Shown here: one piece after another, positions 25,318-35,108 of the stretch | How the letters are laid out: every line of letters starts with the position of its first letter | How positions within the stretch are numbered: position 1 is the stretch's first letter | Virus record (IMG/VR): IMGVR_UViG_3300008114_000194 | Location: 11,622 to 75,621 of that record | DNA length: 64,000 nt | Reading direction: 5' to 3' (one strand) | From: a virus | Taxonomy: Duplodnaviria > Caudoviricetes | The notes under the pieces: generated by a model | Databases searched by the model: none | Told to the model about the DNA's origin: nothing | The model's input: only the letters and a program-made list of their open reading frames with translations | Translations under genes and position numbers: made by a program

Positions 25318-28300
25318 ATGCCAGTATACCCTGTTTGGCTCAACCGCACTGGTTTGATCGGAGACTACGCCGAATCTGAACCTGTGAATTTTGTGTTCGA
25401 AGCCCTGGGCAATGACAGTGTCACGGCCAGCAGTTATAGATTCCACAGTGGAGAACTGCCTGCGGGATTGACTTTCAGCAACAATTACAGTGTGTCTGGT
25501 TTCAGCAATGTATTTTGTAGAATATCGGGCAATCTTGACCTGGTGGACGAAACCACTGTGAGCAATTTTACCCTGCGTGCCAACATAGGCAATCAGTTTG
25601 CTGATGCTGCCTATGCCATACGTGTGGAGGGACGTGATGCTCCTTATTTCACTGCCAATGCCAATGTTGGCAATTATCTGGCCGGACAATTCATAGCCAA
25701 CACCTACGATGGCTATCAGCTCACTTATGTGGATCAAGACGCTACCAGCAATGTTGTGGTAGGACTGAGCTATACCAGCAATGCCTTGCCCTACGGTGTA
25801 GACATCGTGCAGGATTCGGGCAATTGGTACATCCGTGGTCAACCAGTGTTGACACAATTCGACGACTATGCCAATCCCATTGATGTCAAGCCACCTTACC
25901 AATGGCCAAGATTCGTTCAATATGATGCCAATATAGAAATATCTGATGGCACGTTTACAGCATATCAGATGTTTACCATTGGCGTGTATGCCAGAGACTA
26001 TTGGTCCGCAGACACTGACAATTATACCTTGGAAATACAGCCAGTCAACACTGGCAATCGTGCATTTATTTTTGGTAATTCAGCCATATTCGTCACTGAT
26101 GCAGACTACAGCAATGTGAATTTAATCACAGGCGACGGCATAGTCAGCACGGGTTATCTGCCCAGCAACACAGTGATCAGCAATATTACCTCGGGCATAG
26201 AAATAAATGGCACAGATTACACACAAATAAATCTCAGCGCGGCTGCTTTGCAAAGCACACTGTCGGGTGTGGCAGGCAATGCTTTGTTTTTGGAAACCAG
26301 TTTTGGATCAACAGACAACGATTATCTCAGTGAAGTAGACATATCGGGTTACATATCCAGCAGTGTGCTCTATGCCAATGCCAATCTCACTGCCGGCAGT
26401 TTGCTGACCACGGCCAATATCAACGCAGTCAACGCCATTGCCAGCTACAGCAATGTGCGCATCGGTGCTGACGCAGTCACGGCCAACAGTTATCAACTGA
26501 ACAACTACACTGGTCCCAATTTATCAGCACAACTGTTCAGAGCCACGCTGATAGATCAAGATCATCCACTGATATTCACCAATCCATTTCCCGGTGGGCT
26601 GGGTTATGCACAGCGCGGATACTATTCCGCAGACATGGCCAACAAATATGAGCCTATTCTATTAGATCCTTCGGGCGCATTAACTCGCACAGTGAATGGC
26701 AATTACTATGCATTTAAATTTGATGCCTACGACCCCAATGGCAGAGAAGTTTATTATCGAGTGTATTCGGGATCATTGCCTCCGGGCCTGACATTGAATT
26801 CTTACACAGGATTTATCTATGGATATATCTCCAGTGAATTTGATGCCACTTACACATTCAGCATACAGGCATACATTCCCAGTACCCTGGGCGAGTACAT
26901 CAGTTATGTGAACACCTACAATGTTTTTGTTTACGGTAGGAATCCCAGCGTCAATGTTTGGATCACGCCCGAAAGAGTGGGCACTGTGCAAGCAGGACAG
27001 CCCAGCGAACTGCAGATGCAGGCCACCAGCAACATAGTACAGACCTTTGTGTACACCATAGAAGGTGGACAGTTACCACCAGGACTGCGATTGAGTGAAA
27101 CTGGCCTGATAATTGGGCGACCGTCATTCAATATGTTTGCTGTGGGAGAGACCAGCAAGACATTCAATTTCACAGTGAGTGCCACGGGCGGTGAAATTGT
27201 GAATCCACAGGGCGGAATTTATCAAATAGTGCTCACCAGAGATTTTGAAATTGTGGTAACACATCCTTACACCTTGCCTTACAATGATCTTTATATACAG
27301 GCCTATCCACCGGCAGAAACACAGGGCATAATCAGTGGCATACTCAGCGACGGCGACAGCATGCCCAGTGCATTGATCTATAGATTTGAAGATCCTTATT
27401 TTGGCATCAGTGATGCCTTGAGATATTTGCACGCCACGGGCGTAAATTCAGCCAATGCGCAGATTTATTTTAATTCCATGCAGGAAAATCATTATCACAG
27501 ATATTTGACAGTGGGGCCATTCAAAACTGCTGTGGCACGCAACGCAGATGAAAGCATACGTTATGAAGTGGTCTACTGCGAATTCATTGACAACCTGGTG
27601 AACAATGAAGGAGAGAGCGTGGGCATGGAAGTGGGTTTTCCTCCCAATCGTGGCGGCATCTCTGTGGTGTATCCCAACAGTCTAGACAACATGAGAGACC
27701 GGATCTATACAGATCTAGGTCGTGTGAACAAGCGACTGCCCTTGTGGATGCGCAGTCGTCAAAGCAATGGAAAAATCCTGGGATTCGTACCGGCCTGGGT
27801 GGTGTGCTATACACAGCCCAATGCTTCGGGAGAAATTGCCTATAGATTGAATCAACGCTGGGGCGAATATCTAGATTTGATCAATTTTGAACTAGATCGC
27901 TATGAATTGGACAATGCACTAACTTGGAATTACAACATCAGCACCACTGCCAACGTTGATGCTGGTCAGGCCATAGCCAACACTGTGAGCCTGGGCAGTT
28001 GGTCTGTGCCTCAGGATTCGGGCCTAGAGATAGTAAACGTTGATATATCTGCCAATACCATAACAGTGCAGACCACGGCCTCGGGCTATATCACCAGTCT
28101 GCGTGTGGGCGATGTCATCAGCGCCAGCAACAATAGAACCACTATCAATGCCAGCAACGCTCAGACCACGGTGCTGTATGTGGGCAGTGCCACTGGTGAA
28201 ACTGCTTATTTTGTCAATCAGGGCAATGTGGTGCCAGCCAATATTATCTATGCCAACAGTTATTTCAGCAACGCCAACGTGTATGTCAGCGCCAACGGCA

Positions 28301-28467
28301 CGCCTGTGATCGGCTATGGTATCACTGAAAATACCATTGTAGTGGCCAATCTAGCGCAGGCTGGCTTTGGCAACAGCAGCAGCAATATCTACATCGTGAA
28401 CGAGTACGTGGATGATAACCGTTACAATAAATACTTGTTGTTCCCACGGGTGAATATAATCAATTAA
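25318..28467 (+). CDS. Baseplate wedge subunit with Ig-like (He_PIG-type) domains
   Basis: PVW..TG.IG start; SGSLPPGLTLNS.TG.I.G and GGQLPPGLRL.ETG.I.G Ig repeats; C-terminal LPLWMRS.Q..G..LGFVPA.V.CY. Confidence 0.8.
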   Translation: MPVYPVWLNRTGLIGDYAESEPVNFVFEALGNDSVTASSYRFHSGELPAGLTFSNNYSVSGFSNVFCRISGNLDLVDETTVSNFTLRANIGNQFADAAYAIRVEGRDAPYFTANANVGNYLAGQFIANTYDGYQLTYVDQDATSNVVVGLSYTSNALPYGVDIVQDSGNWYIRGQPVLTQFDDYANPIDVKPPYQWPRFVQYDANIEISDGTFTAYQMFTIGVYARDYWSADTDNYTLEIQPVNTGNRAFIFGNSAIFVTDADYSNVNLITGDGIVSTGYLPSNTVISNITSGIEINGTDYTQINLSAAALQSTLSGVAGNALFLETSFGSTDNDYLSEVDISGYISSSVLYANANLTAGSLLTTANINAVNAIASYSNVRIGADAVTANSYQLNNYTGPNLSAQLFRATLIDQDHPLIFTNPFPGGLGYAQRGYYSADMANKYEPILLDPSGALTRTVNGNYYAFKFDAYDPNGREVYYRVYSGSLPPGLTLNSYTGFIYGYISSEFDATYTFSIQAYIPSTLGEYISYVNTYNVFVYGRNPSVNVWITPERVGTVQAGQPSELQMQATSNIVQTFVYTIEGGQLPPGLRLSETGLIIGRPSFNMFAVGETSKTFNFTVSATGGEIVNPQGGIYQIVLTRDFEIVVTHPYTLPYNDLYIQAYPPAETQGIISGILSDGDSMPSALIYRFEDPYFGISDALRYLHATGVNSANAQIYFNSMQENHYHRYLTVGPFKTAVARNADESIRYEVVYCEFIDNLVNNEGESVGMEVGFPPNRGGISVVYPNSLDNMRDRIYTDLGRVNKRLPLWMRSRQSNGKILGFVPAWVVCYTQPNASGEIAYRLNQRWGEYLDLINFELDRYELDNALTWNYNISTTANVDAGQAIANTVSLGSWSVPQDSGLEIVNVDISANTITVQTTASGYITSLRVGDVISASNNRTTINASNAQTTVLYVGSATGETAYFVNQGNVVPANIIYANSYFSNANVYVSANGTPVIGYGITENTIVVANLAQAGFGNSSSNIYIVNEYVDDNRYNKYLLFPRVNIIN

Positions 28468-28470
28468 AAT

Positions 28471-31353
28471 ATGGCCAGCAACATAGATCCAACCATTATC
28501 GACGGCGATTATCCTATAGCAGGCAAGGATCAACCGTCCCAGGGATTCCGTACTAACTTTACCGGTATAGAAGAGAACTTTTCTGCGGCCGCATCAGAAA
28601 TCACAGAACTGCAGGGCAAGGCTGTATTAAAAGCAGCACTCAGTGGCACCACACTGGATAACAATATGCAAGGCGCTGAAATACTCAGCGCAAAAATGCG
28701 TGATTTATTGCTGCCAGTTTCGGCCATCAACTGGAGCGCCAGCCAGCTCAACAGCCTGGATGTGCTCAGCGGTGGATACCAATCAGTAACCATCAGCCAA
28801 AGTGGTACCTATGCCATCAACTTCAACAACTTCAGTAGATACAATGGCTACAGCACAGTGCTACTGCAGGTCAACAATCAAGGCAACAACACAGTGGCCT
28901 TGCCCGGAGGCAAGAATTATCTTGGCCTAGAAAAGATAACCAACGCCAGCAACAACAGTTTGTATTTTTACAGTCCTGACTCCATAACCACTACCAGGAC
29001 TGTGCTGAGTTTTAGTTCAGCCGACGGCAACACATTTATAGTACAGGATTTGACCCGAGATGTGGCCGGTTTGAACTACGGTGTTCCCGCAAACTATCCC
29101 CAAGGTCGTCCCGGCGACAAACAAGGTGATGTACAGGTTTACCAAAGCAATGTGTATGTGTGTACACAGAACTACAGCACAGGCAGCATCGCTATCTGGA
29201 CCGTGGCATCAGGTTCAGGCGGTGGTGGCGGACCTGCAGGCACCAATGGACAAATACAGTTTGCCTTGGATTCTGTAACAGGACCGGTATTTGCTGCCAA
29301 CGACAACCTGCTGTTCACCAGTGCAACGGGTCAACTGTTTGTTCCACAGATCCTGGCCAATCGCGGCATAGAAATCAGCAACCTTGCGCCGCTCACAGTG
29401 TCAGGCGAAATCACGGGCAGAAACATCACTGCCATCGCTGGCGGCATCTACGGCAATGTGGTCACTGGCAACCTGTCGGTGTTGAACATCAGCAACTTCA
29501 GCAATCTTTCGGTCAACAACCTAACCAGCAATATCCTGGTGCGTGGCAATGCTGCCACATTCACAGGCAATGTGACCAGTGCCAATCTCACTGTAAACAA
29601 CCAAGCCAGTTTCAACAATGTGTCAGTGGCCGGCACGCTGGCATTGAATTCTTTAACTGTCGGCACAGTACAGTATGCCAATGCTGGCGCTACCGTGCCA
29701 GGACAGGTGTTGGGTGTCACTGGTACCAATCAACTGGGTTTCTTTTCAGTACCAGGATCGTCGCCGCAGACTGCCAACCTCACAGTGCAGTTTGCTGACT
29801 ACAGCACAGGCATAGGCAGATTCAACGGCAACACCAACTTCACATACAATTTCGCAGCAGGTGCCAATCTACTGACCACGCCCAACCTCAGCGTCACTGG
29901 ACTGGCCACCATTGCTGCCGCTGGCATCACCACAGGCACGGTCACAAGTCTGGCAGCCACCAGTGCCAACATTGTGACACTGCGAGCTTCATCTGCAAAC
30001 ATCAACAGTCAATACAGCCTGCCCACTGTGAGAACCACAGGCAATGGCTACGTGTTGGTTGGATTCACCGACGGTTCAACTGACTGGCAAGCCACTTCAT
30101 CGCTATATGGCAATGCCAATGTGGCAGCCTTCCTGGCTGCATTTGGCAGCAACACTGTCAATACCACAGGCAATATCACAGCAGGATATTTTCTTGGTAA
30201 TGGAGCATTCCTAACTGGATTGGATTCTGTTTACAGCAATGCCAATGTGGCTGCTTACCTGCCCACTTACACAGGATTGATTGGACAAGTCAATTCCGCA
30301 GGCAATGCCAGCATTGACGGTTCACTCACTGTCAGCACCAGTGTCAGCATATTGGCCAATGGATTTATTTCCACAAACAATCGTATACAGACTCCTGAAG
30401 TCAGCGCAGATGCAGTCAGAGTCAATGAAATAATTGGCCAGAGCAATTTAGTAAACATTACCAGTCCTGTGCTTGTCACTCAGCCATTGGAAGTCACTGG
30501 CGGCAATATCATTACAGATCAGTTTTTTATAGGCAACGGCGCATTCTTAACCGGTATCTCTGCTGCCAACACTGTGCCTGGTGGTGCCAACACTGAAATA
30601 CAGTTCAACGATGGCGGAAGTTTTGGTGCTGTTGGAACCTTTACATTTGACAAAGTTTCCAGTAATTTAACCTTGCTGGGCAACATCAATGTATCACGCG
30701 CAGATATTGGCACGCTAGGCTTTATACTGGGCAACGGCAATGCCATCAACATTGGACAGGCCGACAGTGCATTGCAAAGTTTGATTGGAAACTTGATTGT
30801 TGGTAATCAATCCACAGGCAATGTAGGAAAATTAGAAGTTGATGGCAATCTGATTGCTGTCACAGCCAGCCTTGGCGATCTTGAAGTAGGAGATAGAACC
30901 ACTTATCTAGCTGGATCTGATTTGTTTGTATCGGGCAATGCCCGAGTCTACGGCAGAACCAGTTTAGGCAATGTATCCAATGTCAGCATACTGAATGGCA
31001 CATATGGTCAGGCCCTGATAACCGACGGCGCAGGCAACTTGTCATGGTCTACCGTGGCAGGAGTGGCCAATGTTATTTCTATTGTCAGCAATACCAGTGT
31101 AACTGAAGCTGGAGTTTACATACTCAACAGCCCCGCAGCCAATATCACTGTTACCTTGCCTGCAGGCAATGCCAATCTCATTGGCAAGACATTCAATTTC
31201 AAAGACATAGGAGGCAATGCATTCCTGCATCCTATAACTATTGCCACACAAGGTGGCGATGTCATTGATGGCAACGCCAACGCCGCAGTAGCAGCACCTT
31301 ACAACAACATCGTTATCATGTATTTGACAACCAACATCTGGGGCGTAATGTAA
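28471..31353 (+). CDS. Virion structural/fibre protein
   Basis: MASNID...YPIAG.DQPSQGFRTNF..I...AA.EITELQ N-terminus; GGANTEIQFND repeats. Confidence 0.8.
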   Translation: MASNIDPTIIDGDYPIAGKDQPSQGFRTNFTGIEENFSAAASEITELQGKAVLKAALSGTTLDNNMQGAEILSAKMRDLLLPVSAINWSASQLNSLDVLSGGYQSVTISQSGTYAINFNNFSRYNGYSTVLLQVNNQGNNTVALPGGKNYLGLEKITNASNNSLYFYSPDSITTTRTVLSFSSADGNTFIVQDLTRDVAGLNYGVPANYPQGRPGDKQGDVQVYQSNVYVCTQNYSTGSIAIWTVASGSGGGGGPAGTNGQIQFALDSVTGPVFAANDNLLFTSATGQLFVPQILANRGIEISNLAPLTVSGEITGRNITAIAGGIYGNVVTGNLSVLNISNFSNLSVNNLTSNILVRGNAATFTGNVTSANLTVNNQASFNNVSVAGTLALNSLTVGTVQYANAGATVPGQVLGVTGTNQLGFFSVPGSSPQTANLTVQFADYSTGIGRFNGNTNFTYNFAAGANLLTTPNLSVTGLATIAAAGITTGTVTSLAATSANIVTLRASSANINSQYSLPTVRTTGNGYVLVGFTDGSTDWQATSSLYGNANVAAFLAAFGSNTVNTTGNITAGYFLGNGAFLTGLDSVYSNANVAAYLPTYTGLIGQVNSAGNASIDGSLTVSTSVSILANGFISTNNRIQTPEVSADAVRVNEIIGQSNLVNITSPVLVTQPLEVTGGNIITDQFFIGNGAFLTGISAANTVPGGANTEIQFNDGGSFGAVGTFTFDKVSSNLTLLGNINVSRADIGTLGFILGNGNAINIGQADSALQSLIGNLIVGNQSTGNVGKLEVDGNLIAVTASLGDLEVGDRTTYLAGSDLFVSGNARVYGRTSLGNVSNVSILNGTYGQALITDGAGNLSWSTVAGVANVISIVSNTSVTEAGVYILNSPAANITVTLPAGNANLIGKTFNFKDIGGNAFLHPITIATQGGDVIDGNANAAVAAPYNNIVIMYLTTNIWGVM

Positions 31354-34300
31354 TGAGTTTTAGCACTATATTCAGTAATCTCTACGCCAACACTTATCTC
31401 TATGCCAACGGCGAAAGTATTTGGAAAAATGTTTCAGCCAATACTGTAACCACTTCGGGCAATGCTATTATTGGCGGTAACGCTACCGTACAGGGCAATT
31501 TAATCGTAGTTGGCAATATCTATCGCCAGGAAGAAATTAACATTGCCAACACTGTTATAATCGTAGCTGGCAATGCCAATACTGCATCTGAAGCATCAGG
31601 AGCAGGCATACAAGTTGGCAATGCCAACTATGCCAGTTTCCTTTGGAATTCCAATGCCAACACTTGGTACACAGGCTCAAGCAACATCAGTGCTGGTTAT
31701 TTCTTGGGCAATGGTAGCCAACTCACTGGCTTGGATTTTACAAACTACAGCAACAGCAATGCCGCAGCATATCTGGCTTCTAATGCCGCTATCACTATAC
31801 TGACCACGGCCAATATCACCACTGCTGCCAATGTACAAGGCGCATATGTATTGGGCAATATCAGTGGAGCCACAGGCGGATACAGCAACAGCAATGTAGC
31901 CGCTTATCTTCCAACATACACAGGTAATCTAGCATCTTTGGCTGGCAATGTTGTGACATCTGCTAACGTGCAGGGTGCTTTCATCCTGGGCAATGGCGCA
32001 TTCTTGACCGGCATTGCCGGTACATACGGCAATGCCGATGTGGCCAACTACTTGGCCAGCAATGCCAATCTACAGATAACCACGCAAGGCAACGTCACTG
32101 GCAATTACTTTATAGGCAATGGCGCACTGCTGACAGGTGTGGCCACATCCAGTTACTCAAATGCCAATGTAGCCAACTATCTTGTCAGCATCAATAATGT
32201 GACCATTGGCACCAATGCAGGCAACAGCAATCAAGGCAATCGATCAGTGGCCATAGGCTATCTAGCAGCCACGGGTATCGTTGGCAATGCCAATGCAGGA
32301 CAAAGCATAGACGCAGTGGCCATTGGTTCAGAAGCTGGTCGTTATGGTCAGGGATCAGAGGCAGTGGCCATTGGTGACTCGGCTGGACAGACAGATCAGC
32401 AGTTCGGCGCCATAGCCATTGGCTCAGGAGCAGCATCTCTAAGGCAGAAAAATGGTGCGGTGGCCATTGGTGAACAAGCAGGCGCCGGAGATCAAAACAC
32501 CTATGCTGTGGCCATTGGTTCACAGGCTGGACTCAGCAGCCAGGGATATGCAGCCATAGCCATTGGTCGCAGGGCCGGACAAGTAAATCAACCCAACAAC
32601 AGCATCATACTCAATGCCACAGGCACGACACTGTCGGGTTCTAATGCCAACGCACTGTACATAGATCCCATACGCAATGACACAGGTATCGGCAATGTTT
32701 TATTTTATAATGTTGACACCAAAGAAATTACTTTTGCTCCAGAGTACAATGATACCAGCGTAGCTGAATATCTAGAAATCTATAACGGTAATGCACTGTT
32801 CAGTAATGTTACGGTCACCAGAGATGCTGTGATCCAAGGTAATTTGCGAGTACAGGGCAATACAACTTATATCAATGTGGATGATTTGGTCATAGACGAT
32901 TATCTCATTATAGTGGGCAATGCAGCTACACAACTGTCAGACCTCAATGGTGCTGGTCTACAGATAGGTAATCTAGCCAACGGCAATATCCAGTTTGTTT
33001 ATAACTCTACCAGCAATGTCATGACACTGAATGTTGGTGCGAATATTGCCAACGTATTGAACGTAGAAGGTAATGTCACTGCCACAGGCAACGTGCAGGG
33101 TTCATATGTTTTAGGTAATGGTGCATTTTTAACTGGATTAGCTGCTACCTACAGCAATGCCAATGTTGCTGCTTATCTAGCCAGCAACGCCAATATAGCC
33201 ATAACCACACAAGGTAACATCACAGCGACTTACTTTATAGGTGACGGCAGTCAGATCGCTAACTTGCCATTGGGTAACTATAGCAACTCTAATGTTGCAG
33301 CATATCTACCAACTTACACTGGTAATTTGGCCAGTCTAACTGGCAACGTCACAACCACTGCCAATGTGCAGGGTGCTTATATTTTAGGCAACGGTGCATT
33401 CCTGTCCGGCATCTCAGGCACTGGTAACTACAGCAATGCCAACGTGGCTGCTTATCTGCCCAACTATCAGGGATTGATATCTAACATAGAATTCCGCAGT
33501 ACCAGCCCTGCAGCAGCCGCTATCATCGTCAACGATAGATCTTTGACCATTGGTGGAAATCTCTACAGTTATATCATACTACCCGATGACGGCAATGCCA
33601 ACTCAGTGGCAGCAGAACTGACTAATCATGGTCTTGGTAATGTCATCATCAGTTCGGGCCCAGCAGATTACGAATGGGTATTTGACAACGCAGGAAACTT
33701 ATTTGCTCCAGGTAACATAGATGCAGGCAATGTTGTCAGCGCCAACTATTTTATAGGTAATGGCGCATTATTAACTGGTATCGCCAGTGCCAATCTAGGC
33801 AACATCACTATCACAGCAGCCAATATCAGCACCAACATTGTGAACGGCAATGTGGGCCTGTCGGGCAACGGTTCGGGTTATGTGTTCCTGAGCAATGTAT
33901 TGCCCTGGAATGCCAGCACTGGACTGTCAAATAACACAGTAGACCTTGGTAACTCGTCATACCAGTTTAGAGATTTGTATGTGGGCAATGTCATAACTCC
34001 GGCTGGCGCGCTGGGTAATGCCACACAGATACAGCCGGCGTCGGGTGTGGGACAAAGTGGTGTGGCCTTCCGTGACGCTGTAACTGGGTCACCCGCTGAT
34101 GTGTCAGCAGGCGTTATGTTTGTGGATGCCATTGATGCCACGGGAAGTATTGTCACTGACTCTTATGTTGAAGCCAATACACTAATAAGCCTTGGTAATT
34201 TAACTGTCGGAGGATATGCCAATTTCTTGGGCAACCTACGGGCAGAAAATATCGCTGCTGTGACCAATATCGAAGCACAGTTCTTCTATGGCAACGGATA

Positions 34301-35090
34301 TTATCTCACAGGATTAAATGCTGCCAATCTCATTGGAGCATACAGCAACGCCAACGTGGCCAATTATCTGCCCACATACAACGGCAACATCTTGGCAGGT
34401 AATCTCACAGTCAGCAACAATGTCATAATCCAAGGCAATCTACAGGTCCTGGGCAATACCACCACAATCGAAGCCAATAGTTTGATCATCAGCGACAAAG
34501 ACATAACAGTGGCCAACGGAGCATTAAACGCCAGTCAGGCCAATGGTGCTGGTATCATAGTAGGCGCCAGCAACATCGCTAACATAATCTACCTCAGCAC
34601 TCCCAACTACTGGAGCCTATATCCTGGCGTATATACCGCTGGTAATGTCACAGCAGAAGGCAACATCTCGGCCACAGGTAATATCAATGCTAACAATGCC
34701 ACCATCGGCAACATATTGACTGCCAACACAGGTAACTTTACCTGCTGTCTGCAGATAGGAGGCGCTACTACCACTTACTTCAATGCTTATACCACCAGCA
34801 ATGCCGCAGATCAAGTGTTGTATCAAGCCAACGCTGACATCAGCGCACAGTTAGATTTCAATATCATAGCAACAGATCCCACACTCATGGGTGGCAGCAG
34901 ACAGAGTTCAAAGATCCTTAGCACAACCTACGGAAACAGCACCGACTTCGTGGAATATGGAGGCGTTTACATAAATACTCCAGTAGGGGATTTTTCAGTG
35001 GATCAATCCAGTGGCAACGTGAGATTGCTGGTCACCCCACAAACCAATGCCAACATAGCATACAGCGTGTTGGTAACAAGATTATTATAA
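31353..35090 (+). CDS. Long tail-fibre protein with YadA-head-like repeats
   Basis: Tandem ~14-aa A(V/I)AIG..AG repeats at ~32190-32590; SNANVANYL repeats. Confidence 0.85.
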   Translation: MSFSTIFSNLYANTYLYANGESIWKNVSANTVTTSGNAIIGGNATVQGNLIVVGNIYRQEEINIANTVIIVAGNANTASEASGAGIQVGNANYASFLWNSNANTWYTGSSNISAGYFLGNGSQLTGLDFTNYSNSNAAAYLASNAAITILTTANITTAANVQGAYVLGNISGATGGYSNSNVAAYLPTYTGNLASLAGNVVTSANVQGAFILGNGAFLTGIAGTYGNADVANYLASNANLQITTQGNVTGNYFIGNGALLTGVATSSYSNANVANYLVSINNVTIGTNAGNSNQGNRSVAIGYLAATGIVGNANAGQSIDAVAIGSEAGRYGQGSEAVAIGDSAGQTDQQFGAIAIGSGAASLRQKNGAVAIGEQAGAGDQNTYAVAIGSQAGLSSQGYAAIAIGRRAGQVNQPNNSIILNATGTTLSGSNANALYIDPIRNDTGIGNVLFYNVDTKEITFAPEYNDTSVAEYLEIYNGNALFSNVTVTRDAVIQGNLRVQGNTTYINVDDLVIDDYLIIVGNAATQLSDLNGAGLQIGNLANGNIQFVYNSTSNVMTLNVGANIANVLNVEGNVTATGNVQGSYVLGNGAFLTGLAATYSNANVAAYLASNANIAITTQGNITATYFIGDGSQIANLPLGNYSNSNVAAYLPTYTGNLASLTGNVTTTANVQGAYILGNGAFLSGISGTGNYSNANVAAYLPNYQGLISNIEFRSTSPAAAAIIVNDRSLTIGGNLYSYIILPDDGNANSVAAELTNHGLGNVIISSGPADYEWVFDNAGNLFAPGNIDAGNVVSANYFIGNGALLTGIASANLGNITITAANISTNIVNGNVGLSGNGSGYVFLSNVLPWNASTGLSNNTVDLGNSSYQFRDLYVGNVITPAGALGNATQIQPASGVGQSGVAFRDAVTGSPADVSAGVMFVDAIDATGSIVTDSYVEANTLISLGNLTVGGYANFLGNLRAENIAAVTNIEAQFFYGNGYYLTGLNAANLIGAYSNANVANYLPTYNGNILAGNLTVSNNVIIQGNLQVLGNTTTIEANSLIISDKDITVANGALNASQANGAGIIVGASNIANIIYLSTPNYWSLYPGVYTAGNVTAEGNISATGNINANNATIGNILTANTGNFTCCLQIGGATTTYFNAYTTSNAADQVLYQANADISAQLDFNIIATDPTLMGGSRQSSKILSTTYGNSTDFVEYGGVYINTPVGDFSVDQSSGNVRLLVTPQTNANIAYSVLVTRLL

Positions 35091-35108
35091 TATCAGGGGC
35101 AACTTAAA

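Noticed and set aside
34971-34977. ATAAATA inside the 31353-35090 CDS as a promoter for 35109
   Set aside because: Possible, but 130 nt upstream and explicable as the YINT codons; not reported as a feature
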